A DNA stretch of 64,000 nt, from assembly GCA_965287045.1 (NCBI GenBank), contig OZ336877.1, positions 55,986,001-56,050,000 of the forward strand, in the 5' to 3' direction. Under the pieces are notes generated by a model. The model made no database searches, was not told the origin of the DNA, and was given only the letters and a program-made list of their open reading frames with translations. A program made the translations under genes and the position numbers. This document shows positions 51,350 to 62,781 of the stretch, piece by piece; positions within the stretch are counted from its first letter, which is position 1, and each line of letters starts with the position of its first letter. The DNA is from Carcharhinus amblyrhynchos. Taxonomy: Eukaryota.

Positions 51350-54300
51350 AAACAAATGCAACTTTGAAACTGAGTGCACACCTGGGAGTTTGGTGAAGAG
51401 CGAATGCAGGTGTTTTTTTCCTTTTTCCTTTTGCTATTTTTTTTACCCTGTAGGAATTGATTCTTGTTTTCCTACAGGGAAAGGGACCAGCTATTTGGTG
51501 AATATCTGCTAAGTGGTTAAGATATATTCCAATCCTGAGGTTTAAAATTGTATATAAAATGGTGAATAAAAAATATTAAAAGTACATACTTAATTACTTT
51601 GTTTACTTATTTAAGTTAACTGTAAAACACATTTATGGAAGTAGAACAGAAAATGTGTCAAGGCTGTAGCATGTGGCACCTGAATGCCAATCTGATCCAG
51701 GGCAGAAGTATTTGTGGCTTGAGGAACTTTGGCTCAGAGTTATTGAGCTGCAGATTCTGACACGTCAGGGAGGGGGCAAGTTACCTGGATGTTTTGTACC
51801 AGGAGACACTCGCACCACTCAGGATCTTCTGGTCTGGACAGGGACAGGATGGTGTGACTGCAAGTGAGGAAGGTAAGTGGACCCAGTAGGCAGGAAAGCA
51901 GGAGCCTCAAGTTTTACAATTGTCCAATACGTTTGTGGTTCCGTCAGCTTATTTGTAGGAGGGTTGCAGGGTGGATGAGCAAGCTGACTGTGGCAAGGAA
52001 GGCATTCAAGTTGGTGGTGGTGGGGGCGAGGGATTGTGGAGTAAAAAGGAATATAGTGGTTGTAGAGGACAGTTTGGTGAAGGAGATTGACCGTTGTCTG
52101 CAAGCAAGAATGAGAGTCTAGAAGGCTGTGCTATCTGCCTGGTTGTAAAGTTTGGGACATCTGCTCAGGGCTGGAGAGGAACTTGAAGTGGGAGGGGATG
52201 GATTCAGTTGTGGTCCATGTAGGTATCAATGACACAAGATCAACTAGGAAATAGGTTTGGCATAGTGAATATGAGGAGCTAGGCACTAAATAAGAAAACC
52301 TCAAAAATATTCAATTACCTGAGCCACTTGCAAATTGGCATAGGGTATGCAAGAGATGAATACATGGCACAAAGAATGGTGCGGAAGAAGTGGGTTCTGG
52401 CTTGTGGGACACTGGTACCAGTATTGGGGAAAGTGTGAACTTTACTGTTGGGGTGGTCTACACCTGAACCGTGCTGGGGCCAGTGTTTTAGTGAGCTGTA
52501 TAAATGAGAGAAGTAGAGATGTTTAAATTAAACAATGGGAGCAAGGTAACGAATTTGGGAAGATGTGGTAAATCAGAGCAAAGTGTATTGATGTGGGGAA
52601 TGCTAAACAGACCATGACAGGAAAGGACAGACTGAGTAAATCAGCAGAGAGGGTCTTAAAAAATGTGGCTAGTGAGAAAGTTTGCGTTGCTGGTTTTAAT
52701 ATTCCAAAATCCCTAGATTTGGGAAAGACTCCATTTAAATTGGAAAATAGTGAATGGAACTCCTTTATTGAAAACTGACAGAGCAGGATACTGCAGGCTA
52801 ATTGGGAAAATGTTAGAAACCATTATTAAAGAAGTTATAGCAGGGCATTTGGAAAAATTCTGGCTGAGTCGATTTGGTTTTATGAAAAGGAAATCATTGG
52901 AGTACTATGGAAAAAATAACATGCTGTGGATAAAGGAGAGCTGTGATTTCCAGAAGGCATTTGATAACTTGCAATATGAAAGATTATTGCAAAAGGTAAA
53001 AGCTTGTGGTGAAAGGGGTAATATATTGGCATGGGTAGAAGATTGGCTAGGTAATGGGAAACAGTTGGCATAAATCGATCTTTCTCTGGCAAGATATAAC
53101 AAGTGTTGTGCCACAGCAGTCAGTACTGGGGCCTCAATCTTACAATTTACATAATGGAATTTGAAGGGACTGTAAGGTACGGTTGTTAAGTTTGCTGATG
53201 GCACAAAGAATAGTAAGATGTGGAGAAGATATAAGGGGGCTACAAAGGGATAAAGATAGATTAAGACCTGGCAAATGGACTGTAATGTGGGAAATGGTCC
53301 ATTTTGGCAGAAAAAATATGAAGCATATTATCTAAATGGTGAGAGAGGGCAGACCTCAGATGCAAAGGAATCTAAAGAATCTAGGCTGAGCGAGTGGGCT
53401 ATGACCTGGCAGATGGAGTATAATGTTAGCAAGTGTGATGTTATCCACTTTGGCAGAAATAATAGTAGGAGGGATTATTATTTTAAAAGGTGAAAAGCTG
53501 CAGCATGCTACGGTGCAGAGGGACCTGGGGGTCCTTGTGCACGAGTCGCAAAAACCCAGTCCACAGGTGCAGCCGGTGTTCGAGAAGGCGAATGGAATGT
53601 TGGCCTTTATAGCGAGGGGGATAGAATATAAAATTAGGGAGGTCTTGCTGCAACTGTACAGGGTACTGGTGAGGCCGCAGCTGGAGTACTGTGTGCAGTT
53701 TTGGTTGCCGCGCTTGCGGAAGGATATATTGGCCTTGGAGGGAGTGCAGAGGAGGTTCACTAGGCTGATACCGGAGATGAGGGGGTTGAGCTATGAAGAG
53801 AGACTAAATAGACTGGGTATGTACTCGTTAGAGTTTAGTAGGATGGGGGGGGGGGGGGCGGGATCTTATAGGGACATATAGGATAACGAAGGGGCTAGTT
53901 GGAATAGCAGTAGAGAGATTCTTCCTGCTTAGAAAGGATAGCAGGACTAGAGGACACAGCCTCAAGATAAGCGGGGGGCGGGGGGCTGCTGTTTAGATCG
54001 GAGTTGAGGAAGAACTTCTTCACTCAAACGGTGGTGAATCTCTGGAACTCTGTCCGTTGAAGTGGTGGAGGCTACCTCGCTAAATATATTTAAGTCATGG
54101 GTAGATAGGTTTCTGATAGACAAGGGAATTAAGGGTTATGGGGAGAAAGCGGGAAAATGGAACTGATCCACTTCAGATCAGCCATGATCTTATTGAATGG
54201 CAGGGCAGAATTGAAGGGCTAGATGGCCTACTCCTGCTCCTATTTCTTATGTTCTAAGGGTCTCAGTGCTTGAATGGCAAAAGGCTCGAATGTAGGTACA

Positions 54301-54930
54301 GCAAGTAATTGGGTAAGCTAATAGAATGTTACTGTTTATTGCAGGGAGAATTGATTAACTGAAGTACAACCTCCTTACTTTTGTAATCAGGCATTGGTGA
54401 GACCACGTCTGGGATACTGTGTATTGGCCTCCTTAGTTAAGGAAGGATGCAGTTGGAAGCAATTCAGAGAAGGTTTCCTAAACTCATACCTGGAAGGGGC
54501 ATGTTGCCTTACTAGGAAAGGTTAGACAGGCTGGGTTTTTATCTGCTGGGGTTTAGAAGAGTAAGAGGCATCTTGAAACATAAGATTCAGGGAAGTCGTG
54601 ACAAGATGGATGTCGGGCGGATGTTTCCTCTTGTGGGAGAATCTAATATTCAAGTCACTATTTTAAAAATAAGGGTTGCCTATTTGAAATGGTGAGGACA
54701 GGTTTTTTTTTCAGAGTTGTGAATCTTTGGAAATCTTCCTTGAAAGTCAGTATGAGTAGAATCTTTGAATATTTTTAAGGTAAAGCTAGATATATTCCTA
54801 TAAGCAAAGGGGTGATAGATTATTGTAGGTGGGGATATGGAGTTGAGGTTATAGTCAAATTAGGCATGATTTTATTGAATGGTGGAGCAGGCTTGAAGGA
54901 TTGAGTGGCCTACTGCTCTTTCGAACATAT
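51350..54930 (+). mobile_element. Old CR1 with 5'UTR, ORF1 (SGNH esterase-like) and degraded RT; endonuclease region missing
   Basis: RNIVVVEDSLVKEID (cf. VVGDSIVR), VVHVGIND, GLHLNRAG, then GKMLETIIKEVIAGHLE and DFQKAFD; CR1 tail ~54860-54925. Confidence 0.85.
53376..54252 (+). mobile_element. Younger CR1 copy nested in the old CR1
   Basis: ORF 53423..53881; tail cctatttcttatgtt; TSD-like TCTAA at 53371-53375 and 54253-54257. Confidence 0.93.
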
Positions 54931-55561
54931 AGATCCATATGTAAACCTGACTCCATGTCCAGGTCTTGCTGATTATGGACACAGGCTGCTTCAGTGTCTG
55001 AAGAGTTGCAAATGGTACTGAACATTGTTTTTGCTGATGACTGCACACTCTCTTCTGACCTTATGATGGAGGGAGCATTATTGATAAAATAAACATATCA
55101 AAGATGGAATCTATGGCTTAGTGAACACTGGACTTGTTTGGTGAGAACTGAAGCATGAAGACCAGAATGACAACTGATACACCCAGAATCTAGCTGATTG
55201 ATTTAATTGGGGTGGCAGTGGGGATATTGTAACTGGTCTTATTTTTCTTGGCTTTAAAGGAGTTAAAAATCAGTTAGTGTTTCTACTCCTGATAGCTATG
55301 CAGGGATGCCTTCCCAAAGCTCTTGATGTTGGGTGAGGATAGGATCAGGCTCCAGGTTTGTTACAGTCATACCATGAAAAAGTAGCCTGTTGGGGAAAAT
55401 TGAGCCAGGGTGGGGTGGGGGTGGGTGGGGGGACAAGAAAGGGAGAGTTTCAACCCCCTGAGTTTAAAAAATTGTGGCTGTTGCTCATGACTTGACATAT
55501 GAGCAATTTTGAGGGCTGTCACTGACCAGAAATGTGAATCGTGTTCCTGCCCAGAGATGAT

Positions 55562-57024
55562 AGAACATAAGAACATAAGAAATAGGAGCAGGAGTAGGCC
55601 ATCTAGCCCTTCGAGCCTGCCCCGCCATTCAATAAGATCATGGCTGATCTGTCGTGGCTCAGTTCCACATTCCCGCCCTCTCCCCATAACCCTTAATCCC
55701 CTCTCTTATCAAAAACCTATCAACCCACGTCTTAAAAATATTTAGCGAGGTAGCCTCCACCACTTCAACGGGCAGAGAATTCCAGAGATTCACCACCCTT
55801 TGAGTGAAGAAGTTCCTCCTCAATTCCATTCTAAACCGCCCCCACCTTTATCTTGAGGCTGTGCCCCCTAGTCCTACTATTCTTTCTGAGCGGGAAGAGT
55901 CTCCACCTCTATCCTATCCATCCCATTCATCATCTTATACGTCTCAATGAGATCTCCCCTCATTCTTCTAAACTCTAACGAGTACAAGCCTAGTTTATTC
56001 AGCCTCTCCTCATAGCTCAACCCCCTCAACTCCGGCATCAGCCTAGTAAACCTCCTCTGCACTCCCTCCAAGGCCAAAATATCCTTGCGTAAGTACGGCG
56101 CCCAAAACTGCACACAGTACTCCAGCTGCGGCCTCACCAATGCCCTATACAGCCGCAGCAAGACCTCCCTACTTTTATATTCAATCCCCCTCGCTATGAA
56201 GGCCAGCATCCCATTCGCCTTCCTGACCACCTGCTGCACCTGCAGGCTGGGTTTTTGCGACTCATGCACAAGGACCCCGAGGTCCCTCTGCTCCGTCGCC
56301 TGCTGCAGTTTTTCGCCACTTAAGTAATAACCCTTCCTACCATTATTCCTACCAAAGTGGACCACCTCACACTTGCCAACATTAAATTCCGTTTGCCAGT
56401 TCCTGGCCCATTCGCCCAGCCTATCTAGATCCTTCTGCAGACTCTCCACACCCTCCGCACAATTTGCTGTTCCACCAATCTTGGTGTCATCAGCAAATTT
56501 CGACACCCTACACTCGGTTCCCTCTTCCAGATCATCTATATAAATGGTAAATAGCTGAGGCCCCAGCACCGACCCCTGGGGCACTCCACTAGTCACCAAC
56601 CACCAATCCGAATAGCACCCATTGACCCCCACTCTCTGCCTCCTATTTGACAACCAATCCTCTATCCACGCTAACACCCTACCCCCAACTCCATGTCCCC
56701 TGACCTTCTGCAATAACCTCTTGTGAGGTACCTTGTCAAACGCCTTCTGAAAATCAAGAAGGACCACATCCACCGGCTCTCCTCTATCCATCGCCCTAGA
56801 CACATCCTCATAGAACTCCAGTAAATTTGTCAGACATGACTTCCCTTTAACGAAACCGTGCTGCGTCTGCTCTATCAAGCACTTTCAAGATGCCTCGCTA
56901 TTTCCTCCTTGATGACGGATTTTAACATTTTACCCACAACAGACGTTAAACTAACCGGCCTATAATTCCCTGCCTTTTGCCTGGCACCCTTCTTAAACAA
57001 CGGCGTAACATTAGCTGTTTTCCA
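55562..57024 (-). mobile_element. Young CR1 LINE, 5'-truncated, 333-aa open RT stretch
   Basis: ORF 55877..56878; TSD ATGAT at 55557-55561 and 57025-57029. Confidence 0.97.
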
Positions 57025-58324
57025 ATGATGTCTGATCTGTTGAGTTTTTCTAGCATTTTTTTTGTTTTATTTCCAATTTCCAGCATCTTTGGTCATTTGC
57101 TTCTGTATTTAGTGTGGCATTGTTGTTATAATACATTGAATCATGGCATCTTAAAGCCCGGAAGTTTAGCCCATCATGCCTAAGTTACCTCTTTGAAAGA
57201 GCTATCCAATTAATTCTGATTGTTCTGTATACCCTTGCAATATTTCTTTTTCAAGTATGTATGTAGTTTCTTTTTGGAAGTTAATATTGACTTTTTTTTT
57301 CTTCCACTACATTTCCAGAACATCTCAACTCACTGCATAAAAAAAGTTCAAATCTTCCCATGGTTGCATGGGACTGCAAACATCACTAATATTTTTGCCA
57401 AGTATCTTCTCAGTTCATTTGCTTGAATAAGCTTTAACCATTGAGAAGAACCCCCACATAAATGAATGATAAGTAAAGTGAACAATTCAGGTACAGTATT
57501 TAAAAATTGAGGGTAGGACAAAAATAAACAAATGCTACTTACATTCCTGCCTTTGAGTCACACACATTACACAGTTTCAGTGGCATAACAATCCATTGTT
57601 GTGTGACTTATTACTCACAACTGAAACAATAATGCCTAATCCACATGAAGCTTATTGTGTAATTAAGTACTAATGGAGTCAGGTGCCTGTTGACTGTCAG
57701 CTTGTTGGAATGTTGCTGTTTGCATAATGCAGTAAAGTACACCTACCACAGTATTGCTAAAAATATTTATCTTAATGAAAAAAACATAGTGTTGTGATAC
57801 TGGGATTGGTGTGATTTTAAAGTAAAATATTGCCAAAAAGCCCATAATTTCCTATCTGTTGAAAATATTGACGAGAGAGTTTCACGCAAGCCAGTTAGCA
57901 CCTTAACAAAGGCTACATCTTCGTTTGTGAGGTTGGTCAGTTAGTAGCAGCACATAACTTAACTCTGGAGGACATATACAAAAGGCATCTCCAGAAAATC
58001 AATGAGCAGAAACCCTGGCTAATATTTGACTATTTTCCCCCCTTTGCCTGCCTCTTAGCTTAGGGTGCTGACCAATTGTAATATCCAAACTGTTACCCTA
58101 ACAGAGATCAACTGACTCAGCATTGACTGACAGTCAGCGAGAGGTCTTTTTTGTTTAAAATAGTTCAGTGTTTCCATGTGCAGTGCCTTTATCCACCAGG
58201 TCAACTGAACAAAAGTGTCTTTAAAGATTACTATAGAGCTTTAACTTGTAGCCATTAATCATCAGAGTTTATTGAATTTTTGTTGTTGCTACATGTTATG
58301 ACTTGGCGTTTGTGATTGTTAATG

Positions 58325-60060
58325 ATCCAGAGATGTGCAGGTTAGGTGGATTGGCTGTGCTAAATGACCTCTAGTGTGTAGGTTAGGTGAATTAGTTATG
58401 GTGGATGTGCTGGGTTGCAGGATAAGAACATAAGAAATAGGAGCAGGAGTAGGCCATCTAGCCCCTCGAGCCTGCCCTGCCATTTAATAAGATCATGGCT
58501 GATCTGAAGTGGACCGGTTCCACTTACCCACCTGCTCCCCCTAACCCTTAGATTTCGGATCGATAAGGGAATTACCTACCCGTGACTTAAACATATTCAA
58601 TGAGGTAGCCTCCACCGCTTCAATGGGCAGAGAATTCCAGCGATTCACTACCCTCTGAGAGAAGTAGTTTCTCCTCAACTCTGGTCTAAACGGCCTCCTC
58701 CCCCTTTTAGTTTGAGGCTGTGCCCTCTAGTTCTGGTTTCTTTCCTAAGTGGAAAGAATCACTCTATCTAGCCCCTTCATTATCTTATATGTCTCTATAA
58801 GATTCCCCCCCCTCAGCCTTCTAAACTCCAAGTACAGGCCCAATCTATTCAATCTCTCCTCATAAGCTAACCCCCTCATCTCCGGTATCAACTTGGTGAA
58901 CGTTCTCTGTATTCCCTCCAAGGCCAATATATCCTTTCACAAATAAGGGGATCAAAATTGCACACAGTACTCCAGTTGCGGCCTCACCAAGACCTCCCTG
59001 CTTTTATATTCTATTTCCCTCGCGATAAAGGCCAACATTCTGTTCGCCCTCTTGATCACCTGCTGCACCTGCAGACTGAGTTTTTGCGATTTGTGCACAA
59101 GGACCACCCCCCCGCCCCCCTGGTCCCTCTGCACAGTAGCATGCTGCAACTTTTCACTATTTAAATAATATTCCATCCTACTATTACTTCTTCCAAAGTG
59201 GATAACCTCACGTTTGCCAACGTTTTACTCCATCTGCCAGGTCCTCACCCACTCAGCCTATCCAAATCTCGCTGCAGACTTTCCACATCCTCCGCACAAT
59301 TCATTTTTCCACTCATCTTTGTGTCATCAGCAAACTTTGTTACCCTACACTCAGCCCCCTCCTCCAGATCATCTATGTATATGGTAAACAGTTGAGGCTC
59401 CAGCACCTATCCCTGCGGCACGCCACTAGTCACCAACTGCCAACCAGAAAAGCACCCATTTATTCCAACTTTCTGCCTCCTGTTAGATAGCCAATCCTCA
59501 ATCCACGTTAACACTTTACCCCCAACTCCGTGTACCCTAACATTCTGCAGCAACCTTTTGTGAGGCACCTTATCCAACGCCTACTGGAAATATAAAAACA
59601 CCACACCCACCGGTTCTCCCTCCTCCTGCTCTCTCTCTCTCTCTCTCTCTCTCTTCCCCACCCCCCACCCCGTCTACTGCATTAGTTGCATCCTCATAAA
59701 AATCCAGTAATTTCGTCAAATACGACTTTCCCTTCATGAGTTCATGCTGTGTCTGCTCGATCGAACCGTTCTTTTCCAGGTGTCTTGCTATTTCTTCTTT
59801 AATGATGATTTCTAGCATTTTCCCTACTCCGGTCGTTAAGCTAACCGGCCTGTAGTTATCTGCCTTTTGGCTACTACCTTTTTTAAACAGCGGCGTAACA
59901 GTAGCTGTTTTCCAATCTGCCGGCACTTCCTCAGAGTCCAGCGAATTTTGATAAATAGCTACTAATGTATCTGCTATGAATGGGGCAAAGAGATGCTGTT
60001 CGGAGGGTTAGTGCAGACTCAATGGGCCAAATGACCCCCTGCACTGCAGGGTTTCTGTGA
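58325..60060 (+). mobile_element. HE1-type SINE 3' half (58325-58421 plus ~59978-60060) split by a CR1
   Basis: gatgtgcaggttaggtggattggctgtgctaaa before the insertion and gtgcagactcaatgggccaaatg...ctgcactgcaggg after it. Confidence 0.8.
58422..59977 (-). mobile_element. CR1 LINE (sister subfamily), 5'-truncated, frameshifted, with an internal (CT)n expansion
   Basis: Minus ORFs PADWKTATVTPLFKKG..NYRPVSLT and LEYCVQF; tail ataagaacataagaaatagg. Confidence 0.95.
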
Positions 60061-61961
60061 AAAGATGGGAGCAATTCTGTCCTTGGAGTTATGCTCACAA
60101 AGAGCCTGGATTCTCCAATATGCACTCCAGTGAGTATGATTCTCCAGGCAAATTCTTCTGAAGATGGTCCTTTATTTCTTATCAGCCACCATTCATTGCA
60201 TTGCTCAATCTTGGATTTTTAGGAATGTAGAGATTTTAGAAGTTTAGCTACAGCAGTAACCAGAATTTATATTGATATTTTATGCCATTATTTTAAAATA
60301 ACATTTTATGACCATGTTTACCACTAGCCATGCATTCCCCAATAACTTGACCATAAGTTGGTCAGTATGTCTGTACAGAGTGACTGAGTCACTCTGCTTA
60401 TCATGGCCTAAAATCATTGCTCTCAAAAAATGAGTGTAAATTCTTTGTTTTTCGGAATGGCATTGACTGCCTGTCTGAACGACCTAATTTGAAGGTGGAA
60501 AGATCTTGTGGCAGCAAAAGAGCACTATCATTTACAATGCTGGCTGGCTGAGAAATTTATGCTGACTCGCGTGCACTGAGAGTTGCAATCAAATAGGTAT
60601 TTTATGAGGAAATAAATGAGACTGAATCTATACAAGCATTTATCAAATTGCAGGTTTGTAGAAATTTACAGTAGAATTTAGTTGTTTATGAACAAAAGCA
60701 ATTGGATAATGGACAAGGATTGGGCTGTGCTCGCCTTACTGGGTTAAGGAACTTTGTCGCCTTTTTGATTCTGAGCTTTTAAAGGATATTTTTAACATTG
60801 GCTTCTATCGGCATTTGACACTATAATTTGTTTCATAAGTTCTGAATTTGTAAAACCTTACACAATTAAATATTTTAAAGCCAGCTGTAATTGAAGTCCT
60901 TATACAGAAGAAAGACCTGAAGCAATAAAGTTAAAAAGGTATATTTGTAATAAGAACTTCCTTTGGAGCTAATGGAGCATTGGGCCTCTCAGTAAGGAGT
61001 CCCTGATGCTTGACATGTTGCACTAAAAGCCTTTTATCCATCATCCATGGCCTTAAAATATTTTATTTTTTAAAAGAAAAGTGACGTTGGTAGTAAGGAT
61101 TGGTTTTGTAATGATACAAATTCATGAAAGAGGGTATACCAGATTGACCAGTACTTGCAAAAACCAGACTGTCTGCATCTGCTATTCTGCAGGCTTAGGC
61201 ATACCACCTGATGATGTCTGTAGGGAGCTGGTGCTTCAGGTCAGCACAGATAGTTGCAGATTTGTGCCATCTGCTGTAAAGACACCTGCATCAGGGGCAG
61301 TGGATGTCACTTCATCTGTGCTTCAGTGTGTATATCCTACCTAGCATACTTGGGTGTTATCAGCTTAATATGGCTGTAAATTCTGTTGCCAAATTAGTAT
61401 TATGGTAGAACCTACTTAAATCAATAACACTCATATCAGGATTAAATGAACAACATCGCAAGCTATCAAAACATTTGTTCATTTAAATCAAAAAGCCAAT
61501 CTTTAGCTGCAAAACTCTTTTAAAAGTAATAAACACTCCCGGAATATATTTCTCTAAATGCTGTATTAGAAAAATAGTCCTCTCTACACCATCTGCCACC
61601 CCACTGGGGCCTCAATCAAAGTCACTACTAGCTAATTCAATTCTTACAGCTCACAGCTGTGGAATCTAACGGGTACTATGTACCGATTAGCACAGTTAAC
61701 ACTTCATCACATCTAACACTTCATCACGTCGCACGCAATAAAGTGGCTGCGTTGTAGCAATCAAACTCATTAACCTGTTAAAACATAAAACATAATGTCT
61801 GTTTATTTTCCAGAAGTGTATAAAGCCTGTTTTAGTTGCATATAAAACTGAGAGTCTACATACCATAAAGGAGCAAACAGAACTGGTCTTCAACAGCATG
61901 ATCACATGCAGACAAGTGGACTGCTAATCTTTCTTACTGTCTCTCACTTTCTCACTTATTT

Positions 61962-61983
61962 TCTCTCTCTCTCTCTCTCTCTC
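61962..61983. repeat. (CT)n microsatellite
   Basis: Directly visible. Confidence 0.9.
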
Positions 61984-62781
61984 AACAAGCTTTCCCTCCC
62001 TGTTATCTGCTTCTGATTTATTTTTGATTTCCAACCTCTAGTGATTTTTTTTTTTGCTTAATATTTTGCAAGTAGTCATCACCAGTAAATAGTCACCCTT
62101 CTCGACGAGCATTTGTAAGGAAGACTTTGAGTAGTAAGTAGGCAGAAAGAACTGTTGGTGGTGTTTGATTGGTATACCACAGAGCAAGTTTACAATCTTG
62201 TCAGGGCAACAAGGAATCACCAATCAGAGGTTGTGAGCTTCCCCCAGGGGGAAAGAACATTTGAGAAGATGTTTGCTCCATGCTATCATGTATTGTCTAC
62301 TGAGAATGATATTGCTTCAGGGAAGGGTGCACTTTACTTAATCTAAGCCAAGGAATGGTACAAATACTTTCAAATTATCTCTGGCTGTTTTGGAGTTTAT
62401 GGTCTAGCTGCTTTTAACAAGTTTAATATTTGCAAGTCAGTAAATTTTGCAGTTGAAAGAAAAATGGGCAAATTATACAGTTAAGTATAATAAAGAATGT
62501 TCCCAATTTAAAAAAAACTTTAATGACGCTTCCATTGGAGGTGCATACTTTAGATATACATTTCACTAATTAGAGTTCACATCTATTCAATGACTGATTT
62601 TTGTGAGCATTCAATGGATTGCTGCAAAAAAACCATTACTGAAAGTTGCCTAACCAGTTTAACATTTTGTGGAGTATTCATTTTAGGCCTGTCCATTATT
62701 ATTTTTTTGCTGACTGAAGAATCTTGAGATGCATCCAAACTAAAAAGATTTTATTAAATAATAAAAACAAAATTCTCAAAT

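Larger units (their letters stand above)
50662..55085 (-). mobile_element. Old CR1/L2-group LINE 3' part (50662-51346 plus 54945-55085), split by a large CR1 insertion
   Basis: Reverse complement is collinear with 39790-40620 on both sides of the insertion. Confidence 0.75.

Noticed and set aside
55509-55745. Repeated peptide NIRNRSRSRPSSPSSLPRHSIRSW (also 7127..7384 and 24993..25229) as a gene family
   Set aside because: It is the antisense translation of the CR1 3'UTR.
55877-56878. RT ORFs as a retron, DGR, group II intron or domesticated gene
   Set aside because: These are multi-copy 5'-truncated CR1 ORF2 fragments with LINE tails and TSDs.
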